A DNA stretch of 64,000 nucleotides from Methanomassiliicoccaceae archaeon (lineage in GTDB: Archaea > Thermoplasmatota > Thermoplasmata > Methanomassiliicoccales > Methanomassiliicoccaceae), in NCBI GenBank assembly GCA_040776945.1, contig JAXGZN010000002.1:160001-224000 (forward strand), read 5' to 3'. Positions within the stretch are counted from its first letter, which is position 1, and each line of letters opens with the position of its first letter. The notes beneath the pieces are model-generated. The model was not told the DNA's origin and searched no databases. It saw only the letters and a program-made list of their open reading frames with translations. The translations under genes and the position numbers were made by a program. Positions 29,743 to 38,692 of this stretch are shown piece by piece.

Positions 29743-29954
29743 CCAATATTAGGTTGTCGTCCGGACCCGTGCCCGACATAACGTAGGGGGAGCACCCCTG
29801 ACGATTAGACAAATGAACTTGTTCCGTGGGGGACACTGGACGGCGGTCCTTGTCTTGGAGAGCGACGATTCAGCTAAATAGCGGGTCGAGGCTCGCAGCG
29901 ACACATCACCGCTCCAGCTCCGCGAGGGCGGGGGAAGGCAGGAAAAGTGAACGT

Positions 29955-31136
29955 ATGATGGACAAGCAGGATGTCTTGACCAAGCTGGCAAAGAACAAGC
30001 TGCTGGTGTGCGATACCACCCTCAGGGATGGAGAGCAGGCCGCGGGCATCGTCTTCGCCAACCTGGAGAAGGTTCGCATCGCCAAGCTGCTGGACGAGAT
30101 AGGGGTCCAGCAGATCGAGGCAGGGATCCCGGCGATGGGGGGCGACGAGAAAGCCTCCATCAAGCGCATCGCTCACTTGGGGCTCAATGCCTCCATCCTT
30201 GGATGGAACCGCGCCTCGACGGAGGATATCCAGCACAGCATCGACTGCGACGTCGACTCGGTCGCCATCTCCATGTCATCATCGGACATCCACATCGAGC
30301 ATAAGCTGATGAAGTCCCGCCAATGGGTCCTGGACCGCATCGTCGAGGCGGTGGAGTACGCCAAGGCCCACGGGCTATACATCTCGGTCAACGCGGAGGA
30401 CGCCTCCCGGGCTGACCCCGCCTTCATGGTCCAGTTCGCCAGGACGGCGAAGGAGGCCGGCGCTGACAGGGTACGCTACTGCGACACCCTTGGCATCATG
30501 ACCCCTTCGGGCATGTACAACGCCATCAAGCGCCTGATCGACGAGGTCCGCATCCCTATAGAGATGCATACCCACAACGACTTCGGGATGGCCACGGCGA
30601 ACGCGATCGCCGGGGTGCAGGCCGGAGCGACCTTCCTGAGCACCACGGTCATGGGCATCGGGGAGCGCACCGGCAACTCGCCGCTGGAAGAGGTGGTCAT
30701 GGCCTCCAAGCACCTGCTGAAGATCGATACCGGCATCGAAACCAAGAGGCTGCGCGAGATCGCCGAGTACGTGGCCAGGGCGAGCAGCCGGGAGATACCG
30801 GCGTGGAAGCCGATCGTGGGCCAGAACTGCTTCGCCCATGAGGCCGGAATCCACACCGACGGAGTGATCAAGTTCCTCTCCAACTACGAGCCGTACTCCC
30901 CGGAGGAGGTCGGCATGTCCCGCAAGATAATCATCGGGAAGCACTCCGGGCGCAGCACCATAAAGCAGGCACTGGGGGCCAGGGGCATCGATCTGGACGA
31001 CGCCTCGGCGGCGGCGGTCCTGGAGATCGTCAGGGCCACCTCGGTCTCGCTCAAGCGCTCGCTCTCGGAGAACGAGCTGCTGTACATATATCAAGATTAC
31101 CAGGAGGGGACGGGCCCCGCCCGGTCAACAAGGTGA
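29955..31136 (+). CDS. DRE-TIM acyltransferase, homocitrate synthase (NifV/AksA)-like
   Basis: DTTLRDGEQ, HTHNDFGMATAN, GERTGN, HEAGIH, GKHSG; lacks the LeuA regulatory domain. Confidence 0.85.
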   Translation: MMDKQDVLTKLAKNKLLVCDTTLRDGEQAAGIVFANLEKVRIAKLLDEIGVQQIEAGIPAMGGDEKASIKRIAHLGLNASILGWNRASTEDIQHSIDCDVDSVAISMSSSDIHIEHKLMKSRQWVLDRIVEAVEYAKAHGLYISVNAEDASRADPAFMVQFARTAKEAGADRVRYCDTLGIMTPSGMYNAIKRLIDEVRIPIEMHTHNDFGMATANAIAGVQAGATFLSTTVMGIGERTGNSPLEEVVMASKHLLKIDTGIETKRLREIAEYVARASSREIPAWKPIVGQNCFAHEAGIHTDGVIKFLSNYEPYSPEEVGMSRKIIIGKHSGRSTIKQALGARGIDLDDASAAAVLEIVRATSVSLKRSLSENELLYIYQDYQEGTGPARSTR

Positions 31137-31142
31137 ACTAGA

Positions 31143-32396
31143 ATGGGAACAATCTCTGAAAAGATACTATCAGCACATGCTGGGAAAGAGGTCCATGCCG
31201 GGGACATCTGCGTGGTCCCGGTGGACTTCATGATGTCCCAGGATGGGACCACCGGCCTGACCATCAAGGCGTTCAAGCAGATGGAGGCGCAGCGCATCGC
31301 CAACCCCAAGAAGTACGCCATCGTTATCGACCACAACTCGCCGTCGCCCATGGAGTCGGTGTCCAATATCCACAAGGAGATGAGGGAGTTCGCCGATTCG
31401 CAGGGCTCGCTGATCTACGACGTCGGCGAGGGCGTATGCCATCAGCTGCTCCCCGAGCACGGACACGTGCTGCCGGGGAACGTGGTGATCGGCGGGGACT
31501 CTCACACCTGCACCTACGGCGCGCTCAACGTGTTCGCCACCGGTGTCGGTTCCACGGACCTCGCCGCCGCCCTGGTCACCGGCAAGATATGGTTCCGGGT
31601 GCCCAGCACCATCAAGTTCGTGTACGACGGCACCCTGCCGTCCGGCACCTACTCGAAGGACGTCATACTGCATATGTGCAGGACGCTTACCGCGAGCGGC
31701 GCGACGTACAAGGCCCTGGAGATCTACGGAACGGTCATCGACGCGATGTCCGTGGACGCCAGGATGACCATCTCCAACATGGTGGTCGAGGTCGGCGCCA
31801 AGGTCGGGCTGATGGCCTGCGACGGCCGGGTGCGCGACTACGTGAGGCAGAGGACCAACGCCCCGTTCAAGGGCGTGGAGGCCTCCGGCTCCGCCATCTA
31901 TGACCGCGTCATCAGGGAGGACCTCACCGACCTCGCGCCCCAGATCGCGAAGCCCCACCAGGTGGACAACGTCGTGGACGTGGACGAGGTCGCCGGCATC
32001 GAGCTGGACCAAGTGTTCATCGGCACCTGCACCAACGGGCGCCTGGAGGACCTTAAGGTCGCGTCCGAGATCCTAGCCGGCAAAAGCATCGCCCGCAATC
32101 TGCGTCTCATCGTCGCTCCCGCCTCCAGGAACGTTCTCCTGGACGCGATGAAGGAGGGCTACATCGACAAGCTCGTTCGCGCGGGAGCGACGGTCATCGC
32201 GCCGTCCTGCGGGCCGTGCGTGGGCACCTGCAACGGGGTGCCGTCCAACGACGAGACGGTGCTGTCGACCGCCAACCGCAACTTCAAGGGCCGCATGGGC
32301 AACACCAGGGCCGAGATCTACCTGAGCAGCCCGGCCACCGCGGCGTACTCGGCCATGCTCGGACACATCGCCGACGTCAGGGAGGTGCAGAAATGA
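31143..32396 (+). CDS. LeuC/HacA/AksD-family aconitase-type isomerase, large subunit
   Basis: DHNSP, GVCHQ, DSHTCTYGA, IGTCTNGR, SCGPCVG, NRNFKGRMG. Confidence 0.92.
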   Translation: MGTISEKILSAHAGKEVHAGDICVVPVDFMMSQDGTTGLTIKAFKQMEAQRIANPKKYAIVIDHNSPSPMESVSNIHKEMREFADSQGSLIYDVGEGVCHQLLPEHGHVLPGNVVIGGDSHTCTYGALNVFATGVGSTDLAAALVTGKIWFRVPSTIKFVYDGTLPSGTYSKDVILHMCRTLTASGATYKALEIYGTVIDAMSVDARMTISNMVVEVGAKVGLMACDGRVRDYVRQRTNAPFKGVEASGSAIYDRVIREDLTDLAPQIAKPHQVDNVVDVDEVAGIELDQVFIGTCTNGRLEDLKVASEILAGKSIARNLRLIVAPASRNVLLDAMKEGYIDKLVRAGATVIAPSCGPCVGTCNGVPSNDETVLSTANRNFKGRMGNTRAEIYLSSPATAAYSAMLGHIADVREVQK

Positions 32397-32902
32397 GCGC
32401 AATGAAGGGCAAGGCCCACACCTTCGGGGACAACCTGAATACCGATTACGTCATATCCGGCAAGTACAAGTTCAAGACCCTGGACATGAACGAGCTGGCC
32501 AAGCACGTGATGGAGGACATCCGGCCAGGGTTCTACGACGAGATCAAGAAGGGCGACTTCGTGGTGGCGGGGGAGAACCTCGGCGCCGGGTCATCGCGCG
32601 AGCAGGCCCCCCTGGTCCTCAAGGCCGCGGGCATCGGGGCGGTGGTGGCGAGATCGTTCGCCCGCATCTTCTACCGCAACTGCATCAATGTCGGCCTCCC
32701 GGTCGTGGAGGTCGATACTTCAGGCATCGAGGAGGGGGACGAACTCCAAGTGGACATCGCCGCCGGAGTGGTTAAGAACATCACCAAGGGCGTGACGCTG
32801 GAGGCCAGACCGCTGCCGCCGGTGATGATGAAGATCCTCTCCGATGGCGGCCTCGCCGAGCACCTGAAGAAGCACGGCGGGTTCGCCCTGGAAGAAGAGT
32901 GA
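32393..32902 (+). CDS. LeuD/HacB/AksE-family small subunit
   Basis: GDNLNTD, GSSREQA, SFARIFYRN..N.GLP; ATG 32393 overlaps the large-subunit stop. Confidence 0.92.
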   Translation: MSAMKGKAHTFGDNLNTDYVISGKYKFKTLDMNELAKHVMEDIRPGFYDEIKKGDFVVAGENLGAGSSREQAPLVLKAAGIGAVVARSFARIFYRNCINVGLPVVEVDTSGIEEGDELQVDIAAGVVKNITKGVTLEARPLPPVMMKILSDGGLAEHLKKHGGFALEEE

Positions 32903-32904
32903 GC

Positions 32905-32930
32905 AAACGCCTTCCCTTCTTCTTTTATTC
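32905..32930 (+). terminator. pyrimidine-rich archaeal terminator candidate
   Basis: AAACGCCTTCCCTTCTTCTTTTATTC right after the stop; similar tracts follow stops at 44060, 54149 and 63944. Confidence 0.5.
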
Positions 32931-32941
32931 GCCGACCCGGA

Positions 32942-33892
32942 TCACGCGGCCCACCGGCCGTCCACGCGGATGTTGCCGAGGGTCTGGTTCACCTGCACGC
33001 GGAAGCTCGAACCCCCCGGGTAGTTATCGGACAGGAAGTTCTCCGGGGTGCCGCTGAACCCTCCCAGGTCCGTGACCTCCGGCGTCCCGAGGTTCCAGCC
33101 GCAGGTTATCCGGGCCGACGCCTGGCCGGCGAGGTCGAAGCCGAGGCGGACCTCGCCCACGGCATCAACCACCCTCATCCTCACGCTGCCGCCCATGGGC
33201 GAGGACTGCGAGAACATGGCAGTGATCGGTCCCGACGATTCCAGCAGGGCAATGTTCCTTGCCCCCAGGACCGTGACGTTGTCCCAGCTGAGGTTCGAGC
33301 CTCCGGTGGCGGTCTGGATGCGCACATCGCCGGCGAGCACCGTGCCGTTGGCGAACGACACCGCCGCTCCCTTGGCCGTGGAGTTGAGCTCTAGACCCTC
33401 GATCACCACGCCCGCGGCGGTGGCCAGCGATATGCCGCCGGTGCGGACGCTGAGGTTAAGGCCGGTCCTCAGGCCCTCGTCGATCGTGATCGTGTAGTTG
33501 ACCTTGCGTATCGAGTAGTGAGGCCAGGGGGCGTAGGTGTTCAGGGTCACGTTCACGGCCTGGACGCTGCCCATGGCGTCGGCGGCGGAGCTCGAGGTGA
33601 CGTTGACCTTCAGCGGCGACCCGTCCCCAAAGACGTTGGCCTTGCCCTCCACCATGGACCTGACCATGACCGCCTCGTTGCCCAGAGGCCGGAAGATGAC
33701 CTCCAGTTCACCCACCGTCGCTTCGACCCTGAGGTCAAGACGCCCGGAGCCGTCGGGCCCGACGGACATAACGTCATCGATCGCCACCGTCCGCAGGTCG
33801 ATGAAGATGAGGGGCAGCGAGATGCCCGCCACGATGAGAACGATGATGACGGCCAAGACCTTAGCGGATAGCGTCAGCTTCCCGAGGCGCAT
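32942..33892 (-). CDS. hypothetical membrane-anchored beta-rich protein (DUF4097/adhesin-like)
   Basis: Single N-terminal TM, then repeated short beta strands with GGI/GEV/GPI turns. Confidence 0.6.
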   Translation of the reverse strand: MRLGKLTLSAKVLAVIIVLIVAGISLPLIFIDLRTVAIDDVMSVGPDGSGRLDLRVEATVGELEVIFRPLGNEAVMVRSMVEGKANVFGDGSPLKVNVTSSSAADAMGSVQAVNVTLNTYAPWPHYSIRKVNYTITIDEGLRTGLNLSVRTGGISLATAAGVVIEGLELNSTAKGAAVSFANGTVLAGDVRIQTATGGSNLSWDNVTVLGARNIALLESSGPITAMFSQSSPMGGSVRMRVVDAVGEVRLGFDLAGQASARITCGWNLGTPEVTDLGGFSGTPENFLSDNYPGGSSFRVQVNQTLGNIRVDGRWAA

Positions 33893-33953
33893 CTATGCCC
33901 AGCTCCGCCCCGGTCATCGCCCCAGGGCCTAGATAAAGGTGACCACGATGGCC

Positions 33954-34292
33954 TCATGCCCTCCGGGCGTAGAGGACCGAGAGCGCCGCGGGAACGAGCA
34001 CCAGGAGAGGGGCGAGGAGGAACAGGAACAGCAGCTCCATGCGCTCTCCCATGTCGATGAACATCCCGACCGCGCCGATGGCCGCGATGATCGCGCCCCA
34101 TATCATCAGCTGACGTCCGCCGTAGCGGTTGATAATATACCATTTCTCCTCGGACTCGAAGGACTGGCGGACCCTGACCCCGTACCAGTGGTTCATGCCC
34201 ACCTTTCCTTGGGCCAGGGGCAGGGCCACGGCGAATACCAATGCGCCCATCAGCACGTTGAACAGGCCGGCGGCCAGCCCGGTGACGTCCAT
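33954..34292 (-). CDS. SdpI/YfhL family membrane protein
   Basis: MNHWYGVRVRQSFESEEKWYIINRYGG matches the SdpI pattern; 3 TM segments. Confidence 0.8.
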   Translation of the reverse strand: MDVTGLAAGLFNVLMGALVFAVALPLAQGKVGMNHWYGVRVRQSFESEEKWYIINRYGGRQLMIWGAIIAAIGAVGMFIDMGERMELLFLFLLAPLLVLVPAALSVLYARRA

Positions 34293-34296
34293 GGCC

Positions 34297-35502
34297 TCAG
34301 GCCGGCCTCTGGTAGCCCTGCCATTTCCTCTCCAGCCCGGGGTCGTTGACGGTGTCGAGGACGTACTGAGCGAACTCCTGTCCGGTGGCACCGTTGGACC
34401 GTCCGGTCATGACCTTGGCCTTCTCGTACTGGGTGCAGACCTCCAGGGCCATCTCCAGCCTGCGGGCCTTATCCGTGAAGCCGATGTGGTTTAGCAGCAT
34501 GGCCGCGGCCTTGATCATAGAGGACGGGTCTGCGTATTGAGCGCGTCCCTCGTCCACCATCCTCGGCGCGGAGCCGTGGATGGCCTCGAACATCGCGTAC
34601 CTCTTCCCTATGTTGGCGCTGCCCGCCGTTCCGACGCCGCCCTGGATCTGGGCAGCCTCGTCGGTGAGGATATCGCCGTACAGGTTCGGCAGCACGATCA
34701 CCCTGAACTCCTTGCGGCGGTAGGGATCGATGAGCTTGGCGGTCATGATGTCGATGAACCAGTCGTCCCACTTCACCTGAGGGTAGTCCTTTGCCACCTG
34801 CTCGGCCACCGACAGGAACTTGCCGTCGGTGGTCTTGACCACGTTGGCCTTGGTGACCACGCTCACCTTGTTGATGCCGTTCTTCGCGGCGTAGTCAAAG
34901 CCCAGCCTCAGTATCCTCTCGCTGCCCTGGGTGGTGGCGACGCAGAAGTCGATGCCCAGGTCATCGGTGACGTTTACTCCCTTGCTGCCGAGGACATAGC
35001 TGCCCTCGGTGTTCTCCCTGAAGAACATCCAGTCCACTCCGATCTCGGGCACCTTGACCGGCCGTACGTTGGCGAAGAGGTCCAGCTCCCGCCTCATGGC
35101 CACATTGGCGCTCTCGATGTTGGGCCAGGGGTCCCCCTTCTTCGGAGTGGTGGTCGGCCCCTTGAGGATGACATGGCAGTCCTTGATCTCCTTGAGCACG
35201 TCGTCGGGAATGGCCTTCATGACCTTGACGCGGTTCTCGATGGTGAGGCCCTCGATGGTCCGGATCTCGACCTTGCCGCTCTTGATCTCGTCCTCGAGCA
35301 TGGCCTCCAGGACGGTGCGGGAGGACTCGGAGATGTACGGGCCGATGCCGTCGCCGCCGCACACGCCGATCTTGATGACCTTCAACCGACCGTAATCGAT
35401 CCAATCCTGGGCCGACCTCATCTCTTCGACCCTCCTGAGCTGCTCCTCCAAGATCCTGCCGAAGTGCTCCTTGGCCCTCTCGATAGCCTTCACATCAACC
35501 AT
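34297..35502 (-). CDS. isocitrate/homoisocitrate/isopropylmalate dehydrogenase family protein
   Basis: GDGIGP, LKGPTTTP, LDLFANVRP, RENTEG, NLYGDILTD, EAIHGSAP. Confidence 0.9.
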   Translation of the reverse strand: MVDVKAIERAKEHFGRILEEQLRRVEEMRSAQDWIDYGRLKVIKIGVCGGDGIGPYISESSRTVLEAMLEDEIKSGKVEIRTIEGLTIENRVKVMKAIPDDVLKEIKDCHVILKGPTTTPKKGDPWPNIESANVAMRRELDLFANVRPVKVPEIGVDWMFFRENTEGSYVLGSKGVNVTDDLGIDFCVATTQGSERILRLGFDYAAKNGINKVSVVTKANVVKTTDGKFLSVAEQVAKDYPQVKWDDWFIDIMTAKLIDPYRRKEFRVIVLPNLYGDILTDEAAQIQGGVGTAGSANIGKRYAMFEAIHGSAPRMVDEGRAQYADPSSMIKAAAMLLNHIGFTDKARRLEMALEVCTQYEKAKVMTGRSNGATGQEFAQYVLDTVNDPGLERKWQGYQRPA

Positions 35503-36281
35503 GAACAATCGCCGTCGTTATCAAGGAACAGATATTTGAGCGATTCCCCAAGCGTCTGGACGCTTGCTAGCCGCTGGAAAACGACCTAGGCAGGACAGCG
35601 CTCCTCCCGAAGGGACACGCACGGCTGAACACTAAGGTCCACAAGCAGTTCCAGAGGTAGAAGGCCATGGCGCCATGCGTATCTCGCGGCAGCGGCGAGC
35701 GAGGGGACGGCTATGCGTCGAACACTTTCCTCTCACAATGGAGAATATGGGACGTGCGCAAGATAAGAGGCAGATGAAGTTAGCACGGTAAGGTAAAAGT
35801 GCCTTCATGAAAGAGGACAGGCCGGATTGTTTGCGTTATAGCATCAGAGAAGATGGACGGCATGCAGAGGGTAGCATGCCGGCCCTTCCCGCCCAGAGAA
35901 CGCTTGGAGTCCTGTCTTTCAACCGACCGACGGCCCCACAGGGTTAGGGATCAAACGGCCTGAGATATTGCAAGATCACCTGGCTATGAGCTTGTGACTC
36001 GTGCGCGCTCACGCTGAGGCCAACGCTTTATGAAAGTAGGGTTCTCCTGCTATAACGAAGGCACGCCGACCTTTTCTGTAACGGCAGATGGTCCTCACCT
36101 CACTGCCTCCGTCTGCATGGGGCACCGAGCAGGCCGGACCTATCTGGATAGGGAACGGAGCAAACCCTCATCGGCACGGCCACGAAGGCATTGGTCGCAC
36201 ACTTACGGACCGTTGCCCCCATGGCTGGAACTGCAGCAGGATTAACGAAACGATTATTCATCTGCGAACGAATCTCCCTCC

Positions 36282-37565
36282 GTGGAAGCTGAAGCAAGGT
36301 TCATGATCGCTGACCCGGGTGGAAAGGGTACGCAGGGCGAGGGCAAGGTACTGGTGGAAGAGGAAGTGCTGACGATCAAGCCGCTGCAGGGGGGCGCGGT
36401 CAACTTCTCGCTTCGAGACGTGGCCGCGATCGATCCCGCTCCGCATAGGATCCCCATAACGCTTATCAACGGCTCCAAGGTGGAACTGTCGATGATGGGG
36501 CACCGCTATGATGACGTTCTCCGCGAATTGCACCGTGCCCGCAACGAGCTGATAATGAAGGACCTCCTCATGGGCGAGAAGCTCCGCAAGCAAGGCGTCC
36601 GCGGAGAGCTCCGCGGACCGTTCCGCGGAGCGGAGGGCACCTGCGAGGTGCGCCTCTATGACACCGCGCTGGTCCTGATGCCGACCAAGGGCACGCTGGC
36701 CAGGGTGCGATACAGCGATATCCGGGGCATCGAGGCCCGAGACTACGTCTTGAGGATCGAGCTGGAGAACGGGGAGCAGCTGGGCATCGGGATGCTGGGA
36801 CGGGAGCTGGACCCCCTGTGGAAGGGCATATCGGACGCCATGGCCGAACTCGAGTCCAACGTCCAGGCGCTGGTCAGAGACATCTATCCAAGCATATCGT
36901 CATCCAACCTGGCCGAGGCCTCCCGCCTTCTGAAAGAGGGCCGAGCAGCCCGTCGTTTCGACCTTGAGAGCGTGGATCCCATGCTGTTCGCTGCCCTTGA
37001 GGCAAGGCTCCGGGCCTCTGGCATGGGGGGTGAGTATGACCATCTGACCTCGCTGGGCAAGAAGAACATGGTCCGCATCGGCATCAAGCGCTCCCTGCTC
37101 GCCTCGGAAGGAGAGTACATCTGGTTCATGGTCCCCCTGCTGGACAACGAGGGGAACGCAGTGGCCATGGAGGCGACCTCCGGCCCCACCGGGGGAAGGG
37201 CCACCTATTTCTTCCGCGTCGCTCCCCGCGAGCGCTATCCGGGAATGGATACCGGAACGCGGAGGGAGGAGGCGGAGGAATGCATGGACATCTTGACGGC
37301 GGGGCTTCAGGAGATCAACTTCCGCCGCAAGCCCATCTACCTCAAGGACGAGGATCTCCTTGCGCCGGAGAACGCGAGGTACCGCTTCTCCATCACGCTC
37401 ATCCCCGCCCTGAGGGACCTGAGGGGCCGCTTCATCGGAAGGGTCGCTCACACCTCCCCGGAGGATTGGACGGTCAAGGTGAACGAGCTGCTGACCTTCA
37501 ACGCCAATGCAAAGGGTGGCGAGAGGTGGCGCACCGAGTCGTCGGGGGATGAAGTCGAGGAATAA
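36282..37565 (+). CDS. hypothetical protein with two tandem PH-like repeats
   Basis: 427-aa ORF with host-like codon usage and a visible internal duplication of about 60 aa. Confidence 0.75.
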   Translation: MEAEARFMIADPGGKGTQGEGKVLVEEEVLTIKPLQGGAVNFSLRDVAAIDPAPHRIPITLINGSKVELSMMGHRYDDVLRELHRARNELIMKDLLMGEKLRKQGVRGELRGPFRGAEGTCEVRLYDTALVLMPTKGTLARVRYSDIRGIEARDYVLRIELENGEQLGIGMLGRELDPLWKGISDAMAELESNVQALVRDIYPSISSSNLAEASRLLKEGRAARRFDLESVDPMLFAALEARLRASGMGGEYDHLTSLGKKNMVRIGIKRSLLASEGEYIWFMVPLLDNEGNAVAMEATSGPTGGRATYFFRVAPRERYPGMDTGTRREEAEECMDILTAGLQEINFRRKPIYLKDEDLLAPENARYRFSITLIPALRDLRGRFIGRVAHTSPEDWTVKVNELLTFNANAKGGERWRTESSGDEVEE

Positions 37566-37617
37566 TGACAACCTTAATTTATCCAATCCGTACATATCGC
37601 CAGGAGGGAGGAGGAGC

Positions 37618-37959
37618 TTGCCAGGCTACATGAGGCCATGCCGATACTGCGGTGAACTGGTCCCGCCTGATTCCAACGCCTGTCCGATTTGCGGGAAGTG
37701 GAACCCGGTGGACGAACTTAGGTGCCCCAAATGCAGGTCGCCGATCAAGGAGAGCTGGAAGTCGTGCTCGCACTGCGGACAGGGACTGAGCGTGGCCTGC
37801 CCCGCCTGCGGCAAGACCACGTTCTTCGGGGACCACTGCCAGCAATGCGGCGCGAGGCTGATGGTCAAGTGTCAGCAAAAGAAATGCGGCTTCGAGCAGC
37901 CTCCTCTGGGACCGATCTGCTCAAAATGCGGGAAACCGATAGCGGGGGGTAAAAAATGA
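37618..37959 (+). CDS. multi-zinc-ribbon protein (8 Cys pairs)
   Basis: CRYC, CPIC, CPKC, CSHC, CPAC, CQQC, CQQKKC, CSKC; TTG start after GGAGGAG. Confidence 0.8.
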   Translation: MPGYMRPCRYCGELVPPDSNACPICGKWNPVDELRCPKCRSPIKESWKSCSHCGQGLSVACPACGKTTFFGDHCQQCGARLMVKCQQKKCGFEQPPLGPICSKCGKPIAGGKK

Positions 37960-38621
37960 GCAAGATGATAGCGTTCAATGACAACTACTCGGACGAGAGC
38001 ACGGATGCGGGATTCACCTTCACCTTCTTCTGCGACAAGTGCAATGAGGGCTACAAGACGCGGTTCATCGCGTCCAAGACCTACAAGAAGAGGGGCTTCT
38101 TCGACAACATCGGAAAGATCGCCAGCGCCGCCGGGTCGCTCGCAGGGAGTTCCGGCCTCTCCACCGTCGGCCACACCGGCGGGGACATCATGAGGTCGAA
38201 GTTCGAGGGCCAGTCCCCAGCCTGGCACAAGGAGCACGAGGCCGCCTTCGAGGAGGCCCAGAACGAGGCCCGCGGACACTTCCACCGCTGCCCCCGCTGC
38301 CAGAGATGGGTGTGCGACAACGACTGGAACGAGGAAGCCTCGCTGTGCGTGGACGACGCGCCCCTGGAGTCGGTGGAGGTCGCCGCCGCCCGGGCGGGCA
38401 AGATGAAGGAGGACATAATCAAGAAGGCGTCCGAGACCCAGGTGTTCACCGGCGAGATCGAACAGCGTCAGGCCATCTGTCCAAAGTGCGGGAAGCCTGC
38501 CGGCCAGGGAAAGTTCTGCAACAATTGTGGCGCCCCCATGGGTATGCCCAAGTGTCCCCAGTGCGGGGCGCAGAACCCTCCCGGAGCAAGGTTCTGCTCG
38601 GAGTGCGGCGGAAAGGTCTGA
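37956..38621 (+). CDS. zinc-ribbon domain protein with C-terminal double zinc ribbon
   Basis: CDKC, CPRC..VC, then CPKC/CNNC/CPQC/CSEC; ATGA overlap with the upstream gene. Confidence 0.82.
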   Translation: MSKMIAFNDNYSDESTDAGFTFTFFCDKCNEGYKTRFIASKTYKKRGFFDNIGKIASAAGSLAGSSGLSTVGHTGGDIMRSKFEGQSPAWHKEHEAAFEEAQNEARGHFHRCPRCQRWVCDNDWNEEASLCVDDAPLESVEVAAARAGKMKEDIIKKASETQVFTGEIEQRQAICPKCGKPAGQGKFCNNCGAPMGMPKCPQCGAQNPPGARFCSECGGKV

Positions 38622-38632
38622 ACAGGTCCGCA

Positions 38633-38653
38633 CCCCGCGCCGTTTGCGCGGGG
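38633..38653. other. 8-bp perfect GC hairpin
   Basis: CCCCGCGC-CGTTT-GCGCGGGG between the zinc-ribbon gene and the MFS gene. Confidence 0.6.
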
Positions 38654-38692
38654 AAAGCGGGACCTCGGCAGTCAGATACAGGAGCGGAGGCG

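Noticed and set aside
35645-35760. GAGGTAGAAGGC resembling the start of a lysine riboswitch
   Set aside because: The remaining conserved elements are not visible and no lysine gene lies downstream on that strand
38306-38692. Long N-terminal extensions in the ORF track (MFS, pheA, aroK, thiolase, XRE regulator, thrB)
   Set aside because: They overlap upstream genes in other frames; downstream starts fit RBS motifs and stop-start overlaps better
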